DNA of 64,000 nucleotides from Pseudovirgaria hyperparasitica (Eukaryota): NCBI GenBank assembly GCA_010093815.1, contig ML996575.1, one strand, 5' to 3'. The position numbers and the translations under genes were made by a program. Below, in pieces: positions 51,577 to 64,000 of this stretch (positions within the stretch are counted from its first letter, which is position 1; each line of letters opens with the position of its first letter). Below the pieces are notes generated by a model, which saw nothing but the letters and a program-made list of their open reading frames with translations, was not told where the DNA came from and searched no databases.

Positions 51577-53284
51577 GCTGGCGGTTGAAGCTCAGTCAAG
51601 CTGTCGCAAGAATATCGGTCCAATGGTGAAGGAAGAGAGTGTTCTTGGAGGTCGTCAAGCTCTGTCGAGTATCGTCATTCGGTGGTAGTGGTGATATGAA
51701 TCATATTATCATACGACCGCATTCCAAAGAGGCCTGCATGATGCATAAAGCATGAAGGCCTCGGCCAAACCTTAGAACGGTGGGGTAATTAGCTCCAGTT
51801 TTTGAATCCGGCGTTGGGACGGATCCGCTGGGGACATCCATGAAACCTACATGCTCCATGTGCTCTGATGCCGAATGTTCGGTGTTATGTTGGCGTGCGC
51901 ATGGATGTAGACGCGATGGCAATCGTAGTGGTGGAGAACAGAGAGCTGTAGGTGCTTGTCTGAAACAACTCACAAAAGCTGTCACGTGATTACAGGGATT
52001 GCAGACCATAAACTAAACATTCCTCCACGATGACTTGAGATTTGATTGTGATATGCAAAGAGTTTGATGGTTGAAAATGCCTTCTGTGAGGGTTTCATGG
52101 AAGATATATCTTAATCCCATCATTTCTCATCCTAGTCCACCAAATAGCCGACATTGACTCCCAACCAACTCTTCCAAGGGTGACATCCACTCTGAAAGGG
52201 CGAGTGTTGAATGCGAGCAAGGCAGTCTGCATAAATCTACGGCACTGTAACCTCATTAGATCCAACAACAAGCATTTTGTCCTCCTTAACGGCTAGGAGA
52301 TCACTTCCTATCACATTGCTGTTAGACTCGTCTGTGCCCTGGTTGCCAGATCGTGACATTGCACTAAAGAATGCTTGAACTCTGATCCGTAGTTGGAACC
52401 AGTAGTCAGAATCAAAACTGTCCCTGTCTTCCTGAGAAAAAGACTCGTCCGGTGAGGACTGCTGGGCATGGAAGAGGTAGCAGCCTGAGAGTCCGGACGT
52501 GATCAGTAAGATACGAAAGGCGGCAGCACCTGGAGGTTGCAATGCTTTCAGCCACTCCTTGATCGTTTGAATGAGTCTGGGCCAAAGGATCGCGGATTCT
52601 TTGTGATAGTCGCGGCGATGAAAACAAGAGGGAGTAAATATATAGAGTTATCCAGGCCCAGACCCAGGGTTCAGCCACAAGTGTCTCGTGGCGTTGTGGC
52701 GGTAGTGTAGTAGTCTACGGCAGACAATATATAGCAGAGGACACCTCTCGCAGCGCAAAATAAGAAGACGACAATGAAATCTAGTTAGCTCTCAATTATA
52801 TCTCTTCTCTATCAAGCTAATGTCTACGGTATTGACCCATTTCAACTAGCTACATGTACATCTTCTACCTGATCATCTAGATGACAACTCTTCGTATGTG
52901 TATCTAACGCGCATGCAGCTTGTCGTCTGCCGTAGTGATTGCGCTATCCGCTAGCTTTTGACCCTTTTGACCCTTTTGACCCTGAAACAAACACGGACCA
53001 TTTCACTTTTGCGCAACTAAACACCAAGACATGAGACATCTCGTCATCTACAACCCCTTCAAGCCTGCCCTCACAGGCTTGATGCCTCCACAATAACGTT
53101 TAAACAATGCGCAAATACTCTTGACTCTTGTCCTCCGCTTCGACTCCCCATATCCTTCCCTTGCAACGCTCTCCCTGGACTCCGCACGCGCTTGTATATC
53201 ACCCACCGACACCTCCGAACCGTCTAGACACTCCGCGATCCGATACTCAACTGCGATTTGCAGTAGACAGACCTACGCGCATCA

Positions 53285-56011
53285 ATGGCGTCCGTGTTAC
53301 CGCATCAGGTTGCAACTGGTGGCGATGGCACCGAGACCGGCCGCCGACATTCTTCTTCCATCTCCTCCTCGCGATCACCCTCTGCCTTGTCGATACGTAC
53401 GGCCAATCGCGCAGGGCGTCCTACGAAGAACACTCCCGTGCGGCGATCGGATGACTCGACTTCTCAAATACCATCGAGACGCTCTTCCATGTCTTCACCG
53501 TTGCAACCCGCACCGCACACTGCCCAGTTGTCCATACCCAGCAATCACTACCATACCCAGAGAGTCAGGTCACAGTATCCCTCAGATGCTTCGGAAAATC
53601 ATGTGGAGTACATACTGGTTGCCAGTTTTGACATTGATCGCGGATCAATCATGGAGCACCAGTACCCTGGGCCTGTCGGTGGAGACGAGACTATGCTGGC
53701 GGAGCTGATGCTACCAGATCAAGCACACGTTAGGAGTCAGGATTGGACCATTTTCTTTCTTCACAAGGACAACTCGGCAGAAGAGGAGGCAAAGGAAGAA
53801 CGACTAGCAAGGAGGGAGCGACGGAGGAGGAGGGACCGTATAAGAGAAGCACTGGAAAAGGGAGACCCCGTTCCCGAGGAAGAGCTCCAATATGCAGATG
53901 ACGACATTGATGAAATGAGTGATGATGACGACGATGATGACCCTTCTGAAGACGACGACGATAGTCTAGAGGGGCCGCCCTTGATATACGTCTTGAATTT
54001 GGTAAATACAAAACAAGACAACACCGTCAAGAGGTGAGGATGCTGAAGTTGAATTGGACCGGGAAAAGTGCTTACAATGACTCAGAGGAGCTGTCGTCAA
54101 AGCTATGGCGATATGCACAAGACATTCTTTTCTTCATATCTACAAGGTTTGGATCACACCTCAAGCGCGAAAGTTTCGAGCAGAAAATAACTCCGTTAGC
54201 CTCTCCTACTCCTTGCACTCGAAGAGTATTTCCGCTCTCCTCACCCCGAAAGCCTTGCATCCCTGTACAATGCTCTCAACTCAATGGATCTGTCGCTCTT
54301 GCCGCGGTTATCTCTTCTAGAGCGATTTGTCCTCCAGGCAAGTGGCGCGAAAGACATGTTCATTGAAAAGTTCGAGGCCTTGATGAGACAGCGCATGGAG
54401 GAAGACGCCCGTGCTGGCGCTGTTGGATCCCCTGATCTTGGTCCAACCTCGAGCGCTCGAATGAAACCTCGCTACGCTCTGCCACGAGATACCCATGAGT
54501 TTGAGTCACGAATCAACTACAATGGCATACCAATTCCTGTTAAGATTCCTACCGCAATATCACCCGAGACGGTGGGCGACTTCTCCCTCATAAAGCTTAT
54601 TCAGACCTTTTCGGGCCCGCATTCGTCTTCACCCCAGCCATTTGCTCTACATCCTCACCTCACAACTGGTGGCTCATACACCCATCCCATCATTGTCCTT
54701 GTAAATGCCCTTCTTACGCAAAAACGAATCATCTTTCTTGGTCACAACATGCCTTCCGGCGAAGTCGCGGAGGCTGTTCTTGCAGCTTGTGCACTGGCGT
54801 CTGGTGGGATGCTGAGAGGGTTTACACGTCATGCTTTTCCCTATACTGATCTCACGAAGATTGACGATCTGCTCAAGGTCCCAGGTTTCATTGCTGGCGT
54901 GACGAATCCAGCATTTGCAGGTAAAACCGAGTGGTGGGACTTGCTCTGCGATCTTCCGACCGGCCGAATGAAAATCAGCTCCAAGATCGAAGCAGCCCCT
55001 ATCACAGAAGGCCTTCTCTACTTCCAACAGCAACAAAACCAACCAAACAACCCCCTTTCCTCTCTCAACCTCGGTGCTCTCACCGGGTCAGGCAATAGCC
55101 GTGACGGCGACATCACAGGCGACAACGCCTTCATGGACTCGCTCCTCTCCAGCATCGCGAATCGCCACGGCGAAGCCGCCATCCGCAGCCGCTGGCGCGA
55201 ATGGGTTCTCAAATTCACACGCCTCTCATCCGCCTTTGAAGAATGCGTCTACGGCGCCTCCGCGCTGTACTTCGGCACCCCCAAAGACGCAAGCATGTAC
55301 GGCGTCCACGGCCACGGTTACGTCTGGCCCGACGAAGCATCCCGCCTCCGCGAACTCGCCGCCAACGTCCACCGCATCGAAGCCTGGCGCACAACCCGCA
55401 GCTACTTCTCCTTCATCCAAGACATCACCCAGATCTGGACCAAGCGGCCCGTCCAAGGCATCGACTTCCAGCACCAGCACGACCGCCTCCGCACCCAGCG
55501 CCTCAGCCCAGACACCAGCGCAGCTATCTACCTCGCGCTCGCCCGCGCCGTCGAAGACGCTGCCTACGGCTTCCATACCAACAACACCATCACCACCCCC
55601 GCCACCGCCACCGCCACCGATTCCTCCCCCACCACAGACGCAGCCCTCTCCCTCACCACAACCCTGACAAACACCTCCATCCCCATCCCCGACTCCGCTT
55701 CCGCCTCCCTCGCCCCCGGAACCCCACACCCGCTCTTCCCTCCTCCCCTCAAACTCCCCGCTACTCACCCACACCTCCAATACAACACCATCCTCCAGCT
55801 CCTCGCCGTCCTCCCCGAGTCCAACACCGGCCTCTTCTACCTCTCCCTCGGCCTCTTCCACCCTAAACATGCTGTCCGTGAAGCGGTTGTCAGGCTGCTT
55901 GATCGTGTGCGCGAACATGCCGCTGGCCGTCATTATTGGGCTTGTTTGGGCAGGTTTGCGAAGTTGGCGTTTTATCGGATTAAGAGGGAGGAGGGTGGGG
56001 GTGGGAAGTAG
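53285..56011 (+). CDS. mesA: MesA/Afi1-type polarity protein (Afi1 + SPA, DENN-like)
   Basis: [80 protein letters not shown] and GFIAGVTNP. Two introns. Confidence 0.9.
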
Positions 56012-56822
56012 GGGGTTTGATGGGGTGATAGGGATAGGGGGGTGGAGGGAAGGGAGGGCAGGGAAGGGAAGGGAGGGATGGGCAGGTATGGGCGGGGGAT
56101 TTTGGGGGTGGGTGGAGGTGGGATTAGAAAATCTGCTTTTGTGTGTTACATACCCTTTGCGCGCTGTTGTTGTTGATGTTGTTGTAGATGTAGATAGATG
56201 GATGGATAGATAGACAGGGAAAGGAGATGGAGAGGGACGGGGGAGTACGGGGGAGCAGCGAGAGAGAGTAGGAAGCGGAGGAACTCTGCTACATCTCGTA
56301 TAAGCGGTCGCGAGATACCCGGTCTTCAATGTATTACCCTCCCCCGAAAGCACGTTGTTGATGTTTTATATCCCCATGCCATGCCATACCATGCTGCGTC
56401 CGCTGATGGGTTTCGATGGAGTGATGGAGTGATGGTTTGATGTGAGTGATATGAATGATCTGAATGATATGCTATGCCACAAACCCGCGCTACATGATAT
56501 GACATCCCATCCCATCCCATCCCATTCCACGCCACGAACACGAAGACGACGCCCACCCATAAACCGTCAAACCCCACAGAACCCACAGCGCGTGACAGGC
56601 AGGCGATATCATATATATATACGTCCCATACATCCGCCACGCACATAGTAGCCGCTAGCACTCGTAGCATATTGTGGCGGTGCCTGAATTTGCAAACCCT
56701 TATTTTTGGCAGGGGTTTTCACCCGCCGTCGTAATGCGCACTGTTTACTAAAGATTGTCGATGTGATTGTTGTTTTTCCTCTTGTCTTGTTCTCTCTGTC
56801 CGATTCTTTCTTGTTCTCTCTC

Positions 56823-56917
<95 letters not shown>

Positions 56918-56927
56918 NNNNNNNNNN

Positions 56928-57021
<94 letters not shown>
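56823..57021. repeat. (TGTC)n microsatellite spanning an assembly gap (N at 56918-56927)
   Basis: Read directly. True length is unknown. Confidence 0.97.
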
Positions 57022-57022
<1 letters not shown>

Positions 57023-57863
57023 CTTTCTATTTATGGTGAGTGGTTTGCGATGCGAGAGGGCGGTCTCTCTCTCTCTCTCTTATGGAGAGGCAGGTGGGAT
57101 GAGAGGAGGGGATTAGAGGGATCGGAGAGGAGAGGAGAGGAGAGGAGAGGCGAGGAGAGGAGAGGAGAAGATGAAATAGCACGGCCGTTATACATTTCCA
57201 AACGTCGAGGAATAAATAGTACATGGCATATGGCATCAAGGGGAATCAATCACCAAAGGGCGCATCAAGACATCAAGACAGCAAAGCCCGAGCAACACGT
57301 CCACAACAAGTCTCGATATATTATTTCACATCAATCATCAACATTCCCAGGCGTCGACAAAATCTAATCTCAAAAGTTCCCGCCCTGCGATTTGATCATA
57401 TCAAAAAAAAACAGAAAGCCCGTCCCGTTGCTAAGCAAAAAAACCGCCACCACCACGCTATCTATGCAAGTAACCAGAAACGCTATAATAAAAAGACAGT
57501 GGTATATATCGTACGGGCAGAAAACGGTCGTGGCAGATCGTAGAACGTAGGTCGTAGACAAAGAGCCGTGAGGAAGTCTCAAAAAGTAACATGCGACGCT
57601 AGAACGCTCGACGATAAAGTGTAAAGACGACGAAAGAGTGTGAGGAGAAGAGAGAGAGCCGGAGCAAACAACAGGAAAAAGACAACGCTGTGTGACGGAG
57701 AGTGACCAAACAAAGACATTATGAGTCGCCTTAGGTGATGGTAAGGCAGATATGGCGGCAAACAAAAATTTCCCACGCCCAGCGCGAACGAAACGAATCG
57801 AAATAAAAGTATGCAAGTACATGTACCCATACACGTTCAAAGTAAAAAGGAACATGAGCGGAC

Positions 57864-60800
57864 TTAGACGCTCACGGTGCGTCGCACCGCGCAAGCTGGC
57901 TTCTGTGCATATGCCACCAAAAGTCGGAAGCTCGTGCCGCGGCTCTCGCACTCTCGCAACAGAGAACCATTGTTCCAGAGGCTCTCTGAAAGATCGCCTT
58001 CAGGAAGAGAGATGCCTTCGTAGCAGCGACTGTACCACCAGCGACCAACACGCGCCACCATGTCGCCGATGTTGGCGTTTGCTTCGTTGGCGATTGCTGG
58101 ATCGGGAGATGGTGGTGCACCAAGGAGGTCTGTAAAGTTCGGTGCTGGGGCTCTCAGGCGGGACATGCGCTTCTTGCGTTTCGAATTAGGAGACTTTTTC
58201 GGGTCTTGTACATGCACCATGCCGTTCACTTGGAGAGCTTGTTTGCATGACGGCTCGTCTCCGCCTGAGCTGTCGCTGCTCCAAGAAGTTACGCGGCCGG
58301 CAGCCACTGGCACCGCAACCATGCAGCGATTGATGTTTTCAAAGTTCTTGCGGCCAATAAGGCGCATGACCATATCGCCGACAGGCTTCAGGCTGACCTC
58401 TGGCTCGTCAGCACTGATATCCATCTTAAGGCCCCGGACGGCGCGGCGTGCACGGTTGCCCATGTTGATGAGATCGATATCGAGGATGGAGAGTTCAAGA
58501 TAGCCACCAGGACGAAGGACGCGTTTACATTCTGCGATGCAGTTCTTATACGTCGCCTCGCTGGCGGCAACTGGAAAGCGGTACACTACCGCGGCGAAGT
58601 AGCGCTTAGGGAAGGGGAACATAGTTAACATGTCCGAGTGCGAGACATGTTTATGGTTTGGGACATTCGACCATGCCGTCCCAGGGTTTGCGGTCTCGGT
58701 GCCTGGATTGAGATTGAATATGGTGGCTTCTGGGTAGGTCAAAGCACAGTAGTAGGACCAATCTTTCTGCATGTTAGCTCAACTCGATGATATGGCCAAA
58801 TAGTCCACGTACCTTTGCCGAGCCCGTCGACGACGAGCACCCTGTCTTCGGTATTGTCTTTCAGGTCGAAATGTACAGGACTGAAAAGGACACGGCCAAA
58901 GGACAGCCACTTGCTCGTCATCAAAGCACCGAAGCGCAAATTCGCCATTGTCTCCAAGCCATCCTTCTCATTCTCCGCCCTTTCAATCAGCTTGCTGTCG
59001 CGATATCTGCTGGATACGCGTCTCTCCTCAGTCGAGCCCACGGTAGATCTAGATTGACGAGCTGCGACCCCGACGGATGCAGGAAGGCTTGATCGTGTTG
59101 AAGCGGGTCGGGATGTGTTGTCATCGCGCTTGGTTGCCTGTAAACTAAGGCGACCAGTCGCGGGGTCGACAATGCTGATTCCACGCTCGCCGTACATAGA
59201 ATAGAGATCAGATACAGAAGGGTACGTCTGCGATTTTGGAGAACCTGCGTGTAGTACGGATAGCAAGCGAGAGCGACGTAGATGGATGGACTGAGGATGG
59301 GATGATATAGAAGTATGAGCAGACCGGATCATGTCCATTGACACGCGGAATGGAATGTCATCCGATGCCTCAAGTGAATTATTCGGCTGGACCGCTCCCG
59401 GTGACTTTTGTTGCCGGGCAAAGGGAGAATTGACCGACTGATCACCAGGGGAGAGCACATCATCAATCAGATCATCGTATTCGTTCCAAATCTCGTCCTC
59501 GCTTAGTGGAGCACCAGGAGGCGAAGCAACCGTCGTCGGGTATGCAAAGCTCCACACTCCTGAGCTGCTTGAGCAAGATTGTTCGGAGTTCTTGCGAGGC
59601 GGGAAGGCCAAGAACTCGTCACCATGTTGATGTTGAGCATAACTTAAAGGCAGCGAGCCCATGTTCGGTTCGTTGAAAGGTTTTCCAAGGCCGATAGGAA
59701 ACGCGTCTGTCAAGACAGTGTTGTCGACAGCGAGCGATACTTGAATTGATTCAACAGATGTACGCGAGGGCTTGATGGAAGGCAGAGGTTGTGTCGGAGG
59801 AAATGGGCGAGAGAAGGACTGATCTGACAGTTTGACATCTCGATCTCGTCTCGAAACTACTGGCGGTATACGACCTAGTGGTACGAGCCGGGTCGGACGA
59901 GGAGCAGGGACCTTTTGTACCGGCTTCACCGGCTCATGTTCAGCCTCGATGCGTTCCGGTGGAGCATCGGGTTCAGCGGACTTGGGAGGTGGTGGAGTCA
60001 AGTCGACTAGGTTCTCTTTGCGTAGTCTGACTTGAGGCGATGCGGGACGTTCCGAAGACGCAAATCCGGCAGGAAGTAGTGGCGGAGATGGAAGCAAGAT
60101 GGAGTCGACGTGTTTGGCTCCTTTACGTACGTTCACATTGTTGATTTCGTGTGTCGGAGCCGAAGGGATCTCTGGGGAGGGTGTAGGCACGTCTCTCGGC
60201 TTTTCGGGCGAATTCGCTGCCTCTTCCATTATTTGTTCGATATCATCAAGATCAATTTCGCCACCATTCATGAGAGCGTAATGCGGTACCGACCGAGATG
60301 ATGGCACATGTACGGCGTGTGCATTCCCACCTGGTGTCTCCCTCTGAGGTTGTGCGGATCTCTGGAAAAAGTTCCACTTCCTAGCGAGCTTTGGCTGCGA
60401 ATGTGGCTGTTGTTCCCTGGTCGACTCTGATTTCTTTGACTTCAGCCAAGTACCTTCCTTACCTTCTGACGGGTCCACCTTCGAGTGGCTTGCAGTCCGG
60501 GAAGCTGAAGGTCTTTGAGCCTTGCTAGGTTCAGGTTGTGGCGCAAGCGTTGCAGATTTGCCAGGGGCAGATGTCGACTGTACAGATCGCCTCACGTTCG
60601 ATGGGCGCATAGCGCCAGACTTCCTCTCTTCATCACTTTCCGACGGTCGCCGGAAGCCAAAACCAAAACGTTTCATGGGTGAGGCACCTCGACCATCAGC
60701 CATTGCAGATGGTAGAAGCGTTGGCTTCGAATGCGCGGCTTCCCTGGCCCGAGAACTACCGATCGCAACATAACTTGTGGATGACTCTGCGCCCGCACTC

Positions 60801-62680
60801 ACTACATCATCAACAGCGGAGTCGAGACTGCTCGTACTCCGGATACCATCCGGGCTGTAGCAAAGCTCGGCACTGCCACCACGAATTATGACAGGCGCAA
60901 GTCTTTCACGGAAATAGTCGTCCAACTCATCGTCTTTCTGGCTACTGAGACTGCTTTTCCGGCTAGACGGAGTCCTCTGTGTACGACCGTTTGTGCTATC
61001 TTGGCTCGCTGTCCGTCCAATGCTGCCTGCATTGCTCGTCGTGCTTCCACTACGTCCACGTGTAGCGTACTTGCCATAGCCTTCATGACCAGTGCCCGCC
61101 ATAGGCCCTTTACGGAGTAGTTTCTTCTCTTGCTTCGCTGGAGCTTCACTGGGATCCGTCTTGTTGCGCTTGAAAAAGCCGAATCGCGAACCAGACTTGA
61201 CTGACTTGACAGGGCTTGGGGCGGTCACAGACCTAGCTTGTATGGCCATCTTCTCCGAATCGCTCTGTATCTCAGGAGTCGGGCCTCTCGACGTAGGTAT
61301 ACGCGAGATATGCGAAGGAAAGCCAGGCGAATCAATGGCTGGAGAAACTGTTTTGCTGTAGCTCAGACTTGGAGTCGACTTTGAATCAGTAGAGCTATTC
61401 CGTCGGTGCGAGGGGAGGCTAGCCATATTGCTCTGGATTATTGGAGATTGCTGTCGCATTCCAGATAGCTCAGGGGCCCCTTCTCGACTGGGTCTTGAGG
61501 GTCTTCCAATCATGAGTCGCCTAGGTTCAGCATCCACGGCAAGATGCGCAAGCTCTGGAGGTGCTTGGACATCTGACGTAGCACTGGTACGTCGAGACGT
61601 GCTACCGCGTCGCTCAATGGGCTTCTGGAGTGATGTCTGAGTGGTAGACGGAAGCAAAGACAGTCTGGAGCCTTTAGCCGGGGCCTTTGTATGTGGACGA
61701 ACATTAGTAGCAAGGACAGTCGATGCGGAAGAGGAGGATGCTGATGATTCGCGAACTAGAGGCAGACCCTCACGTTCACGATGCTGCGACTCATCCGTGC
61801 TTTTGCGTACTACAGGCGGCCTACTCTGCATAGGACTCATCTGCCTTGACCGAGGGATTGTCTTGTGGGTCGAAGTAATCCCTGGTGAGTAGGAAGATAT
61901 GGATGTTGGGGTAGACACATGGCTGAAGCCAGTGGGTGACTCGGAGTAGGTAGTCGAAGGAGTGGCAGAAGTCGCATAGTGTGGGGTTGGAGGAGACAAA
62001 TTGTCCGTTTCGAGATTATGCGGCATCTCAAGGGCAGATGGATGCGTCTGAGAGGCTCCTTTGTGGGAAGTCGCGATAGTGGGCTGAGGAAGACTGATTC
62101 CCAGAACGGAATCTGCAAAGGGGTCGACGTAGGTTCGAGGGATATGTCGCATGTGACGCTCATCTTCTTGGGATGCTATGGAGCTAGGATGGCCGTGAGC
62201 AGTCGGTCTTCCAATGGACGATGGTTTTCTTCGGAGTCTGGCCGATCGTGGACTATCGACCTCTGACAAAGATGAGCCGGATATAAGAGACGGAGTTCTT
62301 GTGCTTGCAATACCGTCGTATCGCACTGAACGACCCCCTACACTGGGCGCAACAGGTCGAGGATGTGTGGCCAAGGGGATATGTGTTGAAGGTGGTGCCA
62401 GCTGATCGTTCCTGTTCATCGGCCTCTCCGTATGCTGTGGTTGCTGCGCTCTGTTTCTCGGCGTTCCCAGATGTTTACTAGGGGTCGGCTGTCCGTTCTC
62501 GTTGTCTCTTGTGGGTCTCTTCTTGAGAAGCTTCGCTGTTGGAGGTGCAGTGCCGGGCTTTGAGTAGGTCGTCGAAGCGGTTGATCGCGGAGGCAATCGA
62601 GTAGAAGGACGTCGCTGGGCGGGAGGAGCTTGAAGTTCCGGTCCCGACGGCAGGACTGTGTGCGACTTGTGTGATGCCAT
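57864..62680 (-). CDS. Large Ser/Pro-rich protein with C-terminal class I methyltransferase-like domain
   Basis: ~1300-aa low-complexity N-terminus containing RKGPMAGTGHEGYG. It is followed by LRFGALMTSKWLSFGRVLFSP, VLVVDGLG, DWSYYCALTYP, ECKRVLRPGGYLE and RVGRWWY. One intron near 58812-58769. Confidence 0.85.
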
Positions 62681-64000
62681 CTTGAATACCTATCCGGTAC
62701 TACAGTGGCAAGGGGCGCTGGGTGGCCAGGCGCGGTTTGACAAGAATCTGTGTAGCCGAGGGGACTCATGAAGGCGTGGGTGCGACGAGGGTACTACTAT
62801 GAGCTGTGGTCCATCCAGGACTTTGGCAGACGATATGGTCCAGGTATACAGCCAAACATCCAGAGATTATGCCGACGGAAGACGTCTCGGGTAATTCCCA
62901 CGCCAGCAAAGACAATTCAGAGGCGGTCCGAAGCGTGCGGGCGGCGGCGGCAACGTAGTCAGTAAGTCTGATTTAAGCGCCGGGGGTTATATATGGACGA
63001 GTATTAGGGCGCTGATGTCAGATCCGAGACTTGTAGTCGGGGTAGGATGGAAGAATGATAGAAGGCCGTAACTGTAAATATGTCTGTGTGTTATAAGTTA
63101 GCGGGGGGGATAAGGCAGATAAGAAAGAGTGGTAGAGCGGTGGAGGCCGGATTGCGGGACCCCAGAGCTTAGGGACGGATCGCAGTGTATATTCCCCAAA
63201 TAAAGGCGCTCGAGCTGCGGCCGTTGCCCCACCAAGCGTGATAGGATGGATGACTTTTTAGGTAAACTTACCTGATGAGGAACAGGGACAGGGCTTGTAG
63301 TTGCCAGCGTATCTCAGTGTAGTGCGATGCGACGGCGCCTCCGACCGACAGACGAATAGACAGACACAGTGACAAGACTTGATTGACGTGCCAGGGCTTG
63401 GAAGCTGTGGCTCAGCCTCACTAGGTACTGGTACTGGTACTGCCTCTGGTTCGCGGTGCGTGGGTTATATGCAGCTTGCCAGCCAACGAAAATCTCTGTC
63501 AATTACCAATGCTCTTTTCGAGAAAACGCTCTCTGCTCCGTGCGTCGTCGTATTGTCTTGTCGACGATCCGGAGCTGTCACGAGGAGGAAACCTTTTTGG
63601 ATGATGGACTGGCCATTCGACGACCCGTACACGTTATTCGCTCCAGGTACTCAGGCGATTGCAAATGGAGCGTCGAATAAGTGTATGTGTACACTGTCGA
63701 GACCATGTGGATATGCGGCGAAAAACAGTCGGTGCTGCTACAATGTTTGTGTCGTGCTCGAGAGGGCGCCAGCGACAGGTATAAAGGGCTGGAAGCTAGC
63801 AGACGGAGCGACAGTGATGATGACTGGAGCGGCACCATCTCCCGCCATGACTCTGCTCGAGGATAGTTGGAACAAGCGTAACACGACAGGAAGACGCATG
63901 GTTGGCGGTTCAAGGACAGAGTAGGATGCAAGAAAACGGCGAGTGGGGATGTTGTGGTGTCCAGTGAATGCAGAGAAATGAAGCTACAAGCTGTGATTGG

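Noticed and set aside
51705..51830. CATACGACC resembling a 5S rRNA start
   Set aside because: Downstream sequence lacks the 5S internal boxes and stems.
52237..52678. Short minus-strand ORFs with a hydrophobic stretch
   Set aside because: No ATG start or convincing exon structure and no recognisable motif. A small gene cannot be excluded.
56706..57116. ORFs with (SVCL)n repeats; likewise poly-Leu/poly-Thr ORFs at 40.8-41.1 kb
   Set aside because: Translations of microsatellites, one of which spans an assembly gap.

Overview
This is a eukaryotic window from a filamentous ascomycete (Pezizomycotina): short GT..CTRAY..AG introns, and TpA-rich blocks typical of repeat-induced point mutation (RIP). 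The first ~3.4 kb is an AT-rich RIP block holding a decayed hAT transposase and probably the 3' end of an LTR retrotransposon. Next to it is a tandem family of three predicted secreted proteins plus a fourth, transposon-truncated pseudogene. By my manual splicing and alignment these look like M35/deuterolysin-type zincin homologues that have lost the HExxH zinc motif. A hAT-type MITE (8-bp target-site duplication) occurs three times, and one copy supplies the stop codon of a family member. Recognisable genes elsewhere: a GH72 without leader or GPI signal, a MARVEL protein, monoglyceride lipase, an OXNAD1-like reductase, separase, an enoyl reductase, amidohydrolase, methyltransferase, NatB catalytic subunit, a HET-domain protein, a PTS1-bearing hydrolase, an SRPK-like kinase, a paraoxonase-like protein, MesA/Afi1 and a large methyltransferase-like protein. 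There is also a 40-aa zinc-ribbon microprotein missing from the ORF track and a pair of orphan paralogues sharing an unrecognised N-terminal domain. Many GC-rich genes show an abrupt C-rich to G-rich skew switch. All exon boundaries were inferred by eye and no database searches were run.
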